Shown one piece after another: positions 50,259 through 60,113 of a stretch of 64,000 nt of DNA (positions are counted from its first letter, which is position 1; each line of letters begins with the position of its first letter). The position numbers were made by a program, and so were the translations under genes. The DNA is from an uncultured Chloroflexota bacterium. Lineage in GTDB: Bacteria > Chloroflexota > UBA11872. The DNA is taken from contig CAZFVB010000002.1 of the NCBI GenBank assembly GCA_964522375.1, positions 3,752 to 67,751 on the forward strand. The letters are read 5' to 3'. The notes under the pieces are model-generated. The model saw only the letters and a list, made by a program, of their open reading frames with translations, did not search any database and had not been told where the DNA came from.

Positions 50259-51989
50259 CTATGCGGACTGACGGGCAAGCTTCCATGATCGAGCCGACGA
50301 CAGCAGATCACGAGCAACCCGGCGACCAGCCGTCGTAGATGCACCACTCATCGCCGAAATTTCATCGACCACGTCTGCACCTTCAAGCCGTAGAACACGG
50401 CTCCGTGATTCTCCGTGACTCTCGCTTTTTTCAACCACAAAATGCACGTCAGCGAACGCCGCGACAGGTGCAAGGTGCGTAATGCATATGACCTGATGGG
50501 AAATAGCTAGAGCCGCCAATTTCTGGCCAACAATATCCCCAGCACGTGACCCTACGCCAACATCGATCTCATCAAATACTAGGGTTGCCGTGTCGTCCAC
50601 ATCTGCCAGCACAACCTTGAGACCTAGAAGTATTCTGGAACGCTCGCCTTCAGACGCCACTTCAGCGAGTTTTCGCAGCGGCTGGCCAGGATTAACACTG
50701 AGAAGGAATTCCCCAAGATCAACACCTGACTCGTCAAACTGAACCGGAGGCGAATCTGAATCGAGCGCAATACCATCCGGATCAGGTTTTCGTTCCAGTC
50801 GGGTCTCAAATTCGGCAGTCGGCATGTTGAGATCTGCCAATTGCTCGATCACAACCGTAGCGAGATCCTGGGCAGCTTCTCGTCGCCGTTCCGACAAGTC
50901 TCCTGCCTGCCGTCCCAGCTCACGTACCAGCTCGTCTTCACGACCTTGCAACCCTTCAAGACGTGTATCGCTCGTACGGATCGTCACCAACCGCGCACGT
51001 GCCGTCTCTCCATAAGCGACGATATCGTCTGACGTGTCGCCGTATTTCTGCATCAGCATGCCAATCATGTGTAATCGCTCATCCACCTGCCGTAGCCGAT
51101 CCGCATCCGCTTCAACCCTCTCGGCATAGGTGCGAAGCGCCAAGGCAAGATCACTTGAGAGTTCCTGAAGCGTTGAGGCCTGTTCAGCGAACCCCCGAAC
51201 ATTCGGGTCCATGGAGGTGATCTCCTCGGTGATTTCCCTCACTACGCCGAACACATCCTCTGCCGTCGATGGATCGTCCACCTGCAATCTTCCAGCGGCG
51301 GTTCTCGCGAGAGACTGCAGTCGGTCGGCGTTCCCAAGCAAGCTACGCTCTTGACGTAAGGCTTCTCCCTCACCGGCCTGTAACTGAGCCAAATCAATCT
51401 CTTCAACTTCAAACGACAACCTCTCGATCTCGCGAGCCAAGTCTTTCTCGTCCCGTTGCAAAGATCCGATCTCACTTCGAACCCCACGTAGTTCATTGGC
51501 GAGCTGGGCCACACGAGTCCTTCGATCGAGCAACTCGGCAAACTCGTCGAGGTATTCGAGTTGCCGAGGCCGATGAAACAGGGATTGATGATCGCTCTGC
51601 CCGTGCACATCAACCAGCACCGTCCCAAGTTCAGCAAGAGCACGCACAGGCACCGATCGGCCATTTATGCGAGCAATCGAGCGGCCTTCGCCAAGCACTT
51701 CCCTCGACACAATGAGAGATTCGTCTGGCTCGACACCATACTTCTCAAATATTGAGTCGGTTTTTTCCGAAGCTGTAGATAAATCGAACACCGCCTCTAT
51801 ATAAGCTGCTGTAGCCCCAGGCCGGACATCCGATGGGTCAGCCCGACGACCCAAGACAAGGCCAAGCGCATCTATAAGAATCGACTTGCCAGCACCAGTT
51901 TCACCCGTAAGCACATTTAGCCCAGATGCCAGTTCCAATTGCACTTCGTCAACAAGCGCAAAGTCCCGGATCAAGAATCGGGATAGCAT
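50259..51989 (-). CDS. recN: DNA repair protein RecN
   Basis: N-terminal Walker A LTGETGAGKSIL, long coiled-coil, C-terminal signature and D-loop (LVFDEIDVGVG). Confidence 0.9.
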   Translation of the reverse strand: MLSRFLIRDFALVDEVQLELASGLNVLTGETGAGKSILIDALGLVLGRRADPSDVRPGATAAYIEAVFDLSTASEKTDSIFEKYGVEPDESLIVSREVLGEGRSIARINGRSVPVRALAELGTVLVDVHGQSDHQSLFHRPRQLEYLDEFAELLDRRTRVAQLANELRGVRSEIGSLQRDEKDLAREIERLSFEVEEIDLAQLQAGEGEALRQERSLLGNADRLQSLARTAAGRLQVDDPSTAEDVFGVVREITEEITSMDPNVRGFAEQASTLQELSSDLALALRTYAERVEADADRLRQVDERLHMIGMLMQKYGDTSDDIVAYGETARARLVTIRTSDTRLEGLQGREDELVRELGRQAGDLSERRREAAQDLATVVIEQLADLNMPTAEFETRLERKPDPDGIALDSDSPPVQFDESGVDLGEFLLSVNPGQPLRKLAEVASEGERSRILLGLKVVLADVDDTATLVFDEIDVGVGSRAGDIVGQKLAALAISHQVICITHLAPVAAFADVHFVVEKSESHGESRSRVLRLEGADVVDEISAMSGASTTAGRRVARDLLSSARSWKLARQSA

Positions 51990-51995
51990 CAACGC

Positions 51996-52862
51996 CTACG
52001 AAGAACCAGGAATAGGACGTGGCATGTCACGCGGAACCCGCCAACGCAATTTTTCGGCGAGCGTTGCATAGAAGTAATCACGCTCCCGGAATCTGGCAAA
52101 CCGAGCCACATGCTTTGAGGCCTGACACACAATTTTGTCACCCGATGCCAAGAGATGGTCGGTCTGACCATCAATCGATAATGTGGCCTCATGCGTGGTG
52201 TACACGAGTAATTCAACGCGCACGTCATGACCGACCACAATCGCGTTACTCGGGGTAAGAAACGGAACAATAGGATTGATAACAAGATCACGAACCTCAG
52301 GATGTAAGACCGGACCGTTAGCCGCCTGAACATACCCCGTCGTCCCGGTAGGCGTTGCAACGATTACACCGTCAGCCATATACGTCGTGAGCACCACACC
52401 ATTAATGCGAACTTCGATTTCAACGACCCGCGCAATACGGCCGCGCCCAACCACCACATCCGCGGCAGCTAGTCCTGCGGTTGACTCGACGCCGTTGGCA
52501 TGATGAGTCCAGTCAAGCAGCACCCGTTCTTCTACCCACGACACCCCATCAACTACCCGATCGAGCTGCGCATCAAATTCGTCTGGGTCGAACTCCGTGA
52601 GAAAACCCAGACGACCGTAGTTAACCCCGACACAGGCCGCGCCAAATGGCGCGGCAGCTCGTGCGGCTCGCAAAAGAGTGCCATCACCGCCAAACGTGAT
52701 AACTAGATCACTACCTTCAAGAGCTTGAGATTGTTCAGTCACAGTCCACGATGAATCGCACCAAGTATCCACAGCTCTCCCCGCGAGCTTCTCCTGTATA
52801 CGTCGCGCGTGAGCTTCTGAAGCTTTAATCCGTGGCTGAAATAGCAGACCTATGCGCATCAA
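51996..52862 (-). CDS. nadK: NAD+ kinase
   Basis: GGDGT motif (DLVITFGGDGTLLRAA) and NYGRLGFLTE; 288 aa. Confidence 0.9.
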   Translation of the reverse strand: MMRIGLLFQPRIKASEAHARRIQEKLAGRAVDTWCDSSWTVTEQSQALEGSDLVITFGGDGTLLRAARAAAPFGAACVGVNYGRLGFLTEFDPDEFDAQLDRVVDGVSWVEERVLLDWTHHANGVESTAGLAAADVVVGRGRIARVVEIEVRINGVVLTTYMADGVIVATPTGTTGYVQAANGPVLHPEVRDLVINPIVPFLTPSNAIVVGHDVRVELLVYTTHEATLSIDGQTDHLLASGDKIVCQASKHVARFARFRERDYFYATLAEKLRWRVPRDMPRPIPGSS

Positions 52863-52910
52863 GCACTCTCTCTTACGTTTCGAAGATCATCATAATCGCT
52901 GTCGTACGTC

Positions 52911-53708
52911 TCACGGGAGTGGCCATGGAGGACGTAGCAACACAAAAGACTCCTGATTCCCGTCTCCTCCGGTAACGTCACTTGCCACTGTACCAACGAC
53001 ATTAAAGCCGCCTTGATTGGACCACTGGAGAAAACAAGAAAGAACCGAGTTTCGAACAACATGATCCTTGATAACTCCATCTCGAGGAACATCTTGGCCC
53101 GACAACTCGAATTGAGGCTTAAGCAGTCCAATGATCTGCGTAGCCGAACTAGCACACGTCGCAACGGCACCAAGCACGTCACGAAGTCGTATGAACGACA
53201 CATCTATCACCACAAGATCAGCTTCTGGATGCAATAACGGCAGCTCCCGCACGTCAGTCTGCTCACGAACCTGAACCCGGTCATCGGCCCGCAGTCGCGG
53301 ATCCAACTGGTCACGTCCCACGTCGACGGCAATCACGCATGCAGCCCCCCGACGCAACAGACAATCGGTGAAACCTCCCGTTGAAGCCCCAACGTCAAGT
53401 GCCGTACGTCCGCGGACATCGATGTGCCAATGATCCAGTGCCGACGCAAGCTTGCGACCCGCTCGGCTCACATACGGAGGTATTACCCCAACAATCTCAA
53501 ACACAGCGTCTACAGTCACGCGACGTGACGGTCTTTTTTCTGACACCCCATTCACTAGGATCTGCCCGTCCAAAATCAGCTGGCGTGCAGCGCTACGACT
53601 TCTGGTCATACCACGCTGCGCCACCGCCTGATCAAGACGCAATCCAGACCGATTTGAAGATGCTGTCACCTTAGTCGGTGAGCGTACCTTTGGTGCTGGG
53701 CACATGAC
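52911..53708 (-). CDS. tlyA: TlyA-family rRNA (cytidine-2'-O)-methyltransferase / hemolysin-like
   Basis: S4-like N-terminus RLDQAVAQRGMTRSRSAARQLILDGQILVNG and an FtsJ-like MTase DVGASTGGFTDCLL. The start is uncertain (ATG at 53708 overlapping hisB, or the GTG at 53669). The long N-terminal extension in the ORF track is unlikely to be translated. Confidence 0.75.
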   Translation of the reverse strand, partial: VMCPAPKVRSPTKVTASSNRSGLRLDQAVAQRGMTRSRSAARQLILDGQILVNGVSEKRPSRRVTVDAVFEIVGVIPPYVSRAGRKLASALDHWHIDVRGRTALDVGASTGGFTDCLLRRGAACVIAVDVGRDQLDPRLRADDRVQVREQTDVRELPLLHPEADLVVIDVSFIRLRDVLGAVATCASSATQIIGLLKPQFELSGQDVPRDGVIKDHVVRNSVLSCFLQWSNQGGFNVVGTVASDVTGGDGNQESFVLLRPPWPLP

Positions 53709-54273
53709 CCGCACGGCGAGGATCGAGAGCAGTAGCTTGGTCCAGGGCCCGCGCCAAAGCCTTAAATATTGCCTCCGCCTTGTGATGATCATCATCACCA
53801 GCAAGCAAGCGCACATGAACAGCAGCCCCCATGTGCCTAGCCAACGCCGCCACGATGTGGGGAACAAGGCTTGTTTCGAGATCGCCAATCCTGTCTTGAC
53901 GGAATTCGCCCTCGAAAGCAGCAAAGTCCCGACCAGCAAGATCGACCGCCACGTGCGCGAGAGCCTCGTCCATAGGCACCGTGGCATCGCCCATACGCCG
54001 AATACCGGCCCTATCACCGAGCGCATCGCTGAACGCTCGACCTAGAACAATGCCCACGTCTTCGGCGGTGTGATGCGAATCCACATGTAGATCACCAGTT
54101 GCTGTTATCTCAATGTCGAACAAGCCGTGCCGAGCAACCTGGTCCAGCATGTGATCAAGAAAACCCACACCTGTTCCACCACTGAACTCGCCACGACCGT
54201 CAATTGCGACATTGACAGTTACTTCTGTCTCTGCAGTAGCCCGTCGAACACTGGCCTTTCGATCAGACATCAT
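53671..54273 (-). CDS. hisB: Imidazoleglycerol-phosphate dehydratase
   Basis: Duplicated Dx5HxxE-type motifs (GFLDHMLDQVARHG, HHTAEDVGIVLG, HHKAEAIFKALA); 200 aa. Confidence 0.9.
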   Translation of the reverse strand: MMSDRKASVRRATAETEVTVNVAIDGRGEFSGGTGVGFLDHMLDQVARHGLFDIEITATGDLHVDSHHTAEDVGIVLGRAFSDALGDRAGIRRMGDATVPMDEALAHVAVDLAGRDFAAFEGEFRQDRIGDLETSLVPHIVAALARHMGAAVHVRLLAGDDDHHKAEAIFKALARALDQATALDPRRAGHVPSTKGTLTD

Positions 54274-54306
54274 GACCTACTAAATGTTTGTTACATCTCA
54301 TTGTAG

Positions 54307-55656
54307 TCAGCTTTTGCCCCGACGATCTGCCGCACGTGCATGTCCCTCCAATCCCTCCGCACGAGCCATGCGCGCAGCAACCGGAGCAAGCGTCGAAGCC
54401 TGTTCTGCTGGTAAACGAACAATAGCCATGGATTTCAGAAACGATCGGACCCCCAGCGGGGACATAAAACGGGCTGTCCCACCGGTCGGCATGATGTGAC
54501 TCGGCCCAGCAACATAATCCCCAAAAACCTCGGGAGACGTCTTGCCCACAAACACCCCACCTGCGTGAACAATGTTCGGGAGCAGGACATCCGGGTCCGC
54601 TACCAACAAACACAAGTGCTCAGGAGCATATTCGTTGGCCAAAACAATGGCCTCAGCCAGCGTGTCAATGACCCCTATCCCACCGCGCTTTACAAAACTG
54701 TCGCATGCCACAGATCCTCGAGGGAGCGTTGAAACCTGGGACGAAAATTCCTCGACTATACGACTGGCCAAACTGGCCTCGGTTGTTAAACATATTGGAC
54801 TGGCTGGACCGCCATGCTCGGCCTGCGCGATTAAATCGGCCGCAACATCGGCCGGGTCTGCCGATGCGTCCGCCACAACAAGCGTTTCTGTTGGACCCGG
54901 AAGAAGGGCGATCCCAGCAGTACCGTAAAGTGCCTGCTTCGCCAGAACTACCCACGCGTTGCCAGCACCAGCAATAACGTCACATCGAGGAACAGCTTCT
55001 GTCCCAAGCGCCATAGCTGCAATCGCCTGAGCTCCACCGATCCCAAACACTCGATCGACATTAGCAATCCGAGCTGCCAGCGCTATCGCAGGTGACACAC
55101 CTTGAGGACCTATAGGGGTCGACACAACGATCTCAGAGACACCCGCCACACGCGCAGGGATTGCTGACATCAGTAGCGTGGACGCGAGAGGCGCAGCCAA
55201 GCCAGGCACATGGATGCCAGCCCGATCAACTGGAACCCAACGTTGACCTATCCCCAGCTCAGGGTTGTCGGTCGCACTCGGCATCTCATGCTCGCTGAAC
55301 GCGCGAATACGATCAGCCGCAAGATTGAAATCAGCGTCGAGCCCTGGATCCACACGATCACACGCAGCCGATAGTATGTCCGCCGAGAGTTCGAAGGATG
55401 GCAACGATTCATCCCCAAGGCCTTGGGCAATCCGCCGTACACCGTTATCACCCTGTGCCCGAACGATCTCAATGACCCTGGCCACAAACTCCTGAGGCGA
55501 TAGGGCTTCACCAAAAACCTGCGAGGCCATTTCTACCGCCGATGGATCCACGGTGACAATGTCAGAGGTTCGCTGCAACAACGTCTCTCGAACTGAAGAC
55601 TGACCGTAAAAAATTCGACCCGTTAGGGTTCTTATTCCTGAGTCCTCGTTCAGCAC
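54307..55656 (-). CDS. hisD: Histidinol dehydrogenase
   Basis: NAD-binding and Zn-binding signature regions (IDTLAEAIVLANEYAPEHLCLLV..., AEHGG); 449 aa; its start abuts the dtd stop. Confidence 0.9.
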   Translation of the reverse strand: MLNEDSGIRTLTGRIFYGQSSVRETLLQRTSDIVTVDPSAVEMASQVFGEALSPQEFVARVIEIVRAQGDNGVRRIAQGLGDESLPSFELSADILSAACDRVDPGLDADFNLAADRIRAFSEHEMPSATDNPELGIGQRWVPVDRAGIHVPGLAAPLASTLLMSAIPARVAGVSEIVVSTPIGPQGVSPAIALAARIANVDRVFGIGGAQAIAAMALGTEAVPRCDVIAGAGNAWVVLAKQALYGTAGIALLPGPTETLVVADASADPADVAADLIAQAEHGGPASPICLTTEASLASRIVEEFSSQVSTLPRGSVACDSFVKRGGIGVIDTLAEAIVLANEYAPEHLCLLVADPDVLLPNIVHAGGVFVGKTSPEVFGDYVAGPSHIMPTGGTARFMSPLGVRSFLKSMAIVRLPAEQASTLAPVAARMARAEGLEGHARAADRRGKS

Positions 55657-56151
55657 TTAGGCCACCCCATCACTGAAATTAGACGTCTTCTGGCGTCTCG
55701 GTTGCTCTTTTTCCTTGCTATCAATCACGATTGTTACCGGCCCCCAATTCACCAGAGTCACATCCATGTTTGCCTGAAACTGGCCCGACCGCACCCGAAT
55801 CCCTAGTGCAACCAAGGCCCGCTCGAGGTTCTCCATACGTAAAGCAGCGATACCAGGCTCCTCTGCTGCACCGAAGCTGGGGCGTCGACCCCTGCGGGTG
55901 TCCGCTAGAAGCGTGAACTGTGAGACCAACAAAACTTCCCCATCCAACTCCATGACCGATGAATTCAATCGGCCATCGTCATCGTTAAACACGCGAAGAT
56001 GCGCAACCTTGTTTGCGATATACATGACATCTTCATCAGTGTCCCCCCGAGCTACACCTACCAACACAAGCATCCCCGTATCAATGCTAGACACTGTCTC
56101 ACCGTCAACATCAACACAAGCTCTCCGCACTCGCTGGATCACTACTCGCAC
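55657..56151 (-). CDS. dtd: D-aminoacyl-tRNA deacylase
   Basis: MRVVIQRV N-terminus, SQFTL motif and C-terminal NWGPVT; ~150 aa core. Confidence 0.9.
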   Translation of the reverse strand: MRVVIQRVRRACVDVDGETVSSIDTGMLVLVGVARGDTDEDVMYIANKVAHLRVFNDDDGRLNSSVMELDGEVLLVSQFTLLADTRRGRRPSFGAAEEPGIAALRMENLERALVALGIRVRSGQFQANMDVTLVNWGPVTIVIDSKEKEQPRRQKTSNFSDGVA

Positions 56152-56182
56152 AGGAACATTTCACACAGGCCATCCGGAACGT

Positions 56183-56533
56183 TTAACCGGAATCGCCCGC
56201 CTTCTTCTTAGTTGTCGCTTTGTTTGGTTTTTCGGATTTTGTTGTGGAAGTCGATTTGGACGGCTTTTCACCTGCACCGTCTGACTTGACCGGTTTGGAT
56301 TCTTCTGATGACGATGTCGGCTTACCATCATCGGTGTATTTTTTCTTTTCTGATCCAGATCGACTATCGGTGACGTACCAACCACCACCCTTAAATATCA
56401 CACCAGCTGGATGAAACACTTTCGACAGCTTGCCAGAACAATCCGGGCATTCAACTAACGGATCGTCATTAAAGCTCTGGAACACCTCATGGCGGCGTTC
56501 ACATTGCGAGCACTCGTACTCATAGGTAGGCAC
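56183..56533 (-). CDS. FmdB-family zinc-ribbon protein with a Lys/Ser/Thr-rich low-complexity tail
   Basis: MPTYEYECSQCERRHEVFQSFNDDPLVECPDCSG...GGGWYVTD is the FmdB signature. C-terminal ~60 aa are K/S/T/E-rich. Confidence 0.75.
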   Translation of the reverse strand: MPTYEYECSQCERRHEVFQSFNDDPLVECPDCSGKLSKVFHPAGVIFKGGGWYVTDSRSGSEKKKYTDDGKPTSSSEESKPVKSDGAGEKPSKSTSTTKSEKPNKATTKKKAGDSG

Positions 56534-56779
56534 GGACGAACATCTCCTAAAGCATTTTGTGGGCTAGCGCTCCTTGCGAAACGAGCACCGTACGAGATTA
56601 TAAAACCACTGTAGACCTGTACGAACATCGAGACAGGTAAAAATCTTCGTGAATTTCACCCCCGAGGATTTAAGACCTGCAAACCCAAGTTCCAGCTTTC
56701 GGTGATATTCAGAACAAAAACATCGAGTCCTCGGTGCTAGCATCTGTACAGCGAACATTCCGTCTCACATAAGGTCACC

Positions 56780-57124
56780 ATGCGCTGTCCAGAGTGCGAA
56801 CACGACAACACTGAAGGAGCATGGCTCTGTATCAATTGCGGTTCTAAGCTCCCTCGGCCCGAAGATGATGCTCCCGAAATCGAAATGGCAGAGCAGCCCC
56901 AAGCTCCGGACCCGCAACACGAGGAGCCAAGCCGCTTTGCACCACAAATTAGTGAAAACCTCAGAAAACTTCGTGACCGCACCGAACGTGAACGAGAACA
57001 AAAACGTCCAACGCCACGTATAGCGGCTCCGTCCGGGGCGATTCTGGGACTGCCATTGGCAGTCTGGGGGCTCGTAGCTTTTATATTTGTGATCTTTATA
57101 TACGTCGTGTCCTCACTTCAGTGA
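56780..57124 (+). CDS. Zinc-ribbon (CxxC...CxxC) protein with C-terminal transmembrane anchor
   Basis: MRCPECEHDNTEGAWLCINCGSKL, then an acidic/Pro-rich linker, then LGLPLAVWGLVAFIFVIFIYVV (TM). Confidence 0.5.
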   Translation: MRCPECEHDNTEGAWLCINCGSKLPRPEDDAPEIEMAEQPQAPDPQHEEPSRFAPQISENLRKLRDRTEREREQKRPTPRIAAPSGAILGLPLAVWGLVAFIFVIFIYVVSSLQ

Positions 57125-57303
57125 AGCAAGCGAGATCCAGATTCGATCAGACACAAGCAATCCAGCGTGACCGCGTGTTTCGACGAAACCCCGCACCGCT
57201 ACCAACAGCCCCATGCCTCGGATGTGGACGACCTATCGTTGCCATCAGCGGAAGTCGGCTCGCAATATGCCACTACTGCGGGTTTAAAGACCCGTGCTGC
57301 TGA
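57121..57303 (+). CDS. Small Cys-rich zinc-ribbon-like ORF (60 aa), ATGA-coupled to the preceding ORF
   Basis: CLGCGRPIVAISGSRLAICHYCG (C-x2-C ... C-x2-C). No homology is recognisable by eye. Confidence 0.3.
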   Translation: MKQARSRFDQTQAIQRDRVFRRNPAPLPTAPCLGCGRPIVAISGSRLAICHYCGFKDPCC

Positions 57304-57391
57304 AACGTCTTGCATCTGTGTCGGTGCAGGCTGCTTGCAGAATCACCCGCACTGAGCACTACTCGTTCTGGTTACGCTCAAAACACGAGGA

Positions 57392-58501
57392 ATGACGTCT
57401 GAGACCCGTCTAGGAAAACACTTGCGAGCATGCGTTTCACAATCAGGCCCACTGCCATTTCATGAGTTCATGGAAATAGCGCTCTACGATCCCATCGATG
57501 GTTACTACACAAAACAAGCCCACCCGTACCAAGACTATTTCACCAGCGTATCGGTGCATCCATCACTATTTGGGAAGATGCTAGCGGCTCATCTGCAGGA
57601 CATGTGGTTTGCACTGGGTAAGCCACGGCCGTTCCGAGTGGTTGAGCTTGGATCCTCAGATGGCCGCTTGGCAAAACAAATCCGAGCAGCCTCTTCCACA
57701 TACGAGTGGGGACCACTGCTCGAATACACAGGAGTTGAGCGCGGCTCCACCACCCGAGGCTCTGGAGCTCTGGACACACTTCACCGAACAATCGATGAGA
57801 TCCCACCGGCAGAGTCTAGAGCCGTGATCTCAAATGAATTCTTTGACGCTCTGCCTGTTCGGAGAGCTCGACGAGTGACCAGTGGGTGGGTCGAAGAGTG
57901 CGTCAGCTACGAAGGAACTACGGCACGTTTTGTTGACCAGCCTCCGCCGAACGAAATCTTGGTGTACACAGATCAGTACGGAAACGATGTCCCGGTGGGC
58001 GGACACCTTGAGATTCGGCAGAACATCGATTGGGTATATGCCCAGATATCAAGAATCGGAGAACGGGTCGTGATGACAACAATTGACTACGGAGGACCCA
58101 GCGAAGCGGTACATGGCCAAAGATTAGCTGCGGGAACTCTGTTGTCATATCAAAGCCACCATGCGTCCGATGACGTTCTCACTAACCCTGGCCAATCGGA
58201 TCTCACCTCACACGTGAACTTCACCCAGCTTATTGACGTTGGCCACAACCACGGGTTTGATCAGCAGCGGATGACCATGCAGGCCGACTTCCTAAGTAAC
58301 CTTGGCATTGGCAACCACTTGGTTACCATGCAAACGCAATCAGACTTAACTGTGGCTGAATATGCCGCGGAGCGTGAAGCCGTGTTTCAACTGGTATCGC
58401 CCTCCGATCTTGGGCGATTTCAGGTGCTAACCCAAGCCAAAGATGTCAACCTCGACACAATTCGAGGACTTGAACATGCGCCTGGTCACCAAGGCACATG
58501 A
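57392..58501 (+). CDS. MidA/NDUFAF7-like (DUF185) SAM-dependent methyltransferase
   Basis: PLPFHEFMEIALYDPIDGYY and VVELGSSDGRLA motifs typical of DUF185; 369 aa. Confidence 0.75.
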   Translation: MTSETRLGKHLRACVSQSGPLPFHEFMEIALYDPIDGYYTKQAHPYQDYFTSVSVHPSLFGKMLAAHLQDMWFALGKPRPFRVVELGSSDGRLAKQIRAASSTYEWGPLLEYTGVERGSTTRGSGALDTLHRTIDEIPPAESRAVISNEFFDALPVRRARRVTSGWVEECVSYEGTTARFVDQPPPNEILVYTDQYGNDVPVGGHLEIRQNIDWVYAQISRIGERVVMTTIDYGGPSEAVHGQRLAAGTLLSYQSHHASDDVLTNPGQSDLTSHVNFTQLIDVGHNHGFDQQRMTMQADFLSNLGIGNHLVTMQTQSDLTVAEYAAEREAVFQLVSPSDLGRFQVLTQAKDVNLDTIRGLEHAPGHQGT

Positions 58502-58517
58502 AAGGACCGCTCAAATT

Positions 58518-59930
58518 ATGACCACTCGCATTGAACAGGATCCCCTGGGGGAACTGGAGGTACCAAACCACGCCCTTTTTGGGGTTCAAACACAACGGGC
58601 AGTTGAAAACTTCCCGATTAGCGGACTCCGTCCCCATCCTGCGTTTGTCTGGGCTACCGTTCTGATAAAAAAGGCTGCAGCAGTCACACATAAAGCGACC
58701 GGCAGACTTGACGACGACTTATCTGATGCAATCGTAAGCGCGGCAGATGAAGTATTAGCTGGAGAGCACGCTGACCAGTTCGTTGTAGACGTCTTTCAAG
58801 CGGGTGCTGGAACCTCCCACAACATGAACGCGAATGAGGTTCTTGCAAACCGCGCCAACGAGATCATGGGCCACGCCCGTGGAACCTACGACCCAATTCA
58901 TCCTAATGATCACGTCAACATGGCACAGTCGACCAACGATCTAATCCCCACGGCTATCGCTTTAGCAGCCTTACGACTACTACCAGACCTCGATACGTCT
59001 CTGGACACGCTTGCCACAAGCCTTGAAACCAAGGCAGCCGCCTGGGACCACATTGTCAAATCTGGACGTACTCACCTGCAAGACGCCACACCGATACGAC
59101 TTGGCCAGGAGTTTGGGGGATACGCGGCAGCGATTCGTCGAAACAAAGCTGCTATTCAGACGGCCGCCATTCCTGTCGGAGAGCTCAGCATTGGCGGCAC
59201 CGCGGTAGGGACCGGGCTAAACGCAGAGCCGAGCTACCGAACCCATATCATCGATGTTCTAACCGACCTTACGGGCTTCCAACTTCAGGCTCCCGAGGAC
59301 TACTTTTACTCGATGCAAAGCATGGCTCGGTTTTCACAGTTATCGAGTGCGCTGCGAACCCTTGCTATTGATCTGAACCGAATTGCCAATGACTTTCGCT
59401 TACTGGGATCAGGCCCACGAACAGGCCTGTCGGAGCTTCGAATGCCCCCCGTACAACCCGGTTCTTCAATCATGCCCGGGAAAGTGAATCCGGTTATGGC
59501 TGAATGTCTAAACATGATCTGCTTTCAGGTTTTCGGAAACGACGAAACCATCGCTTCGGCAGCAGCGGCTGGCCAACTTGAACTAAACGTGATGATGCCA
59601 ATCATTGCCCATAACCTCTCCCAATCAATCGAGATCCTCGCTACTGGATCTAGCACATTCGCCCAAAAGGGTGTGGACGGGCTCGAAATTGACGATGAAA
59701 TGATTAAATTTTGGCTAGAACGAAACACCATGCTAGCCACCGCGCTCGCACCGACAATCGGTTATGCCGCAGCTGCTGAAATAGCTAAAACTGCTGTAAC
59801 TACCGGTGAGACAGTACCAACCGTTGCTCGTCGCCTGACAGAATTATCAGAAGATGAACTGGTTGAAGCTCTGGACCCGGCTCCCATGACCGAGCCTGGT
59901 GTTCGCGCCGGTTCTGGAGGCGGCGGATAA
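58518..59930 (+). CDS. aspA: Aspartate ammonia-lyase (class II fumarase/aspartase family)
   Basis: GVQTQRAVENFPIS, DVFQAGAGTSHNMNANEVLAN and HPNDHVNMAQSTND track E. coli AspA more closely than FumC; signature GSSIMPGKVNPV. Start is MTTRIEQD with an AAAGGA RBS. Confidence 0.75.
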   Translation: MTTRIEQDPLGELEVPNHALFGVQTQRAVENFPISGLRPHPAFVWATVLIKKAAAVTHKATGRLDDDLSDAIVSAADEVLAGEHADQFVVDVFQAGAGTSHNMNANEVLANRANEIMGHARGTYDPIHPNDHVNMAQSTNDLIPTAIALAALRLLPDLDTSLDTLATSLETKAAAWDHIVKSGRTHLQDATPIRLGQEFGGYAAAIRRNKAAIQTAAIPVGELSIGGTAVGTGLNAEPSYRTHIIDVLTDLTGFQLQAPEDYFYSMQSMARFSQLSSALRTLAIDLNRIANDFRLLGSGPRTGLSELRMPPVQPGSSIMPGKVNPVMAECLNMICFQVFGNDETIASAAAAGQLELNVMMPIIAHNLSQSIEILATGSSTFAQKGVDGLEIDDEMIKFWLERNTMLATALAPTIGYAAAAEIAKTAVTTGETVPTVARRLTELSEDELVEALDPAPMTEPGVRAGSGGGG

Positions 59931-60113
59931 AGCTCGACCGCAACAAAGAGCGGGCGCAGATTTGTCTTGAAATACCGTTCCACTCACAGATTGGGGCGTG
60001 ATACCAGAACATAGAGCTTGTCTTCGGCCTAAAATCGTCTGGTCAGAAACACTCCAACAAACATTACGTCGATAGCTGAACTCTACGAGTTCCCCGCCGC
60101 CTTCTTAACGGCC

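Noticed and set aside
52911-54026. 371-aa ORF-track version of tlyA with a 100-aa hydrophobic N-terminal extension overlapping hisB
   Set aside because: TlyA homologues are ~270 aa and begin just before the RLDQ S4-like motif. The extension is the alternative reading frame of hisB.
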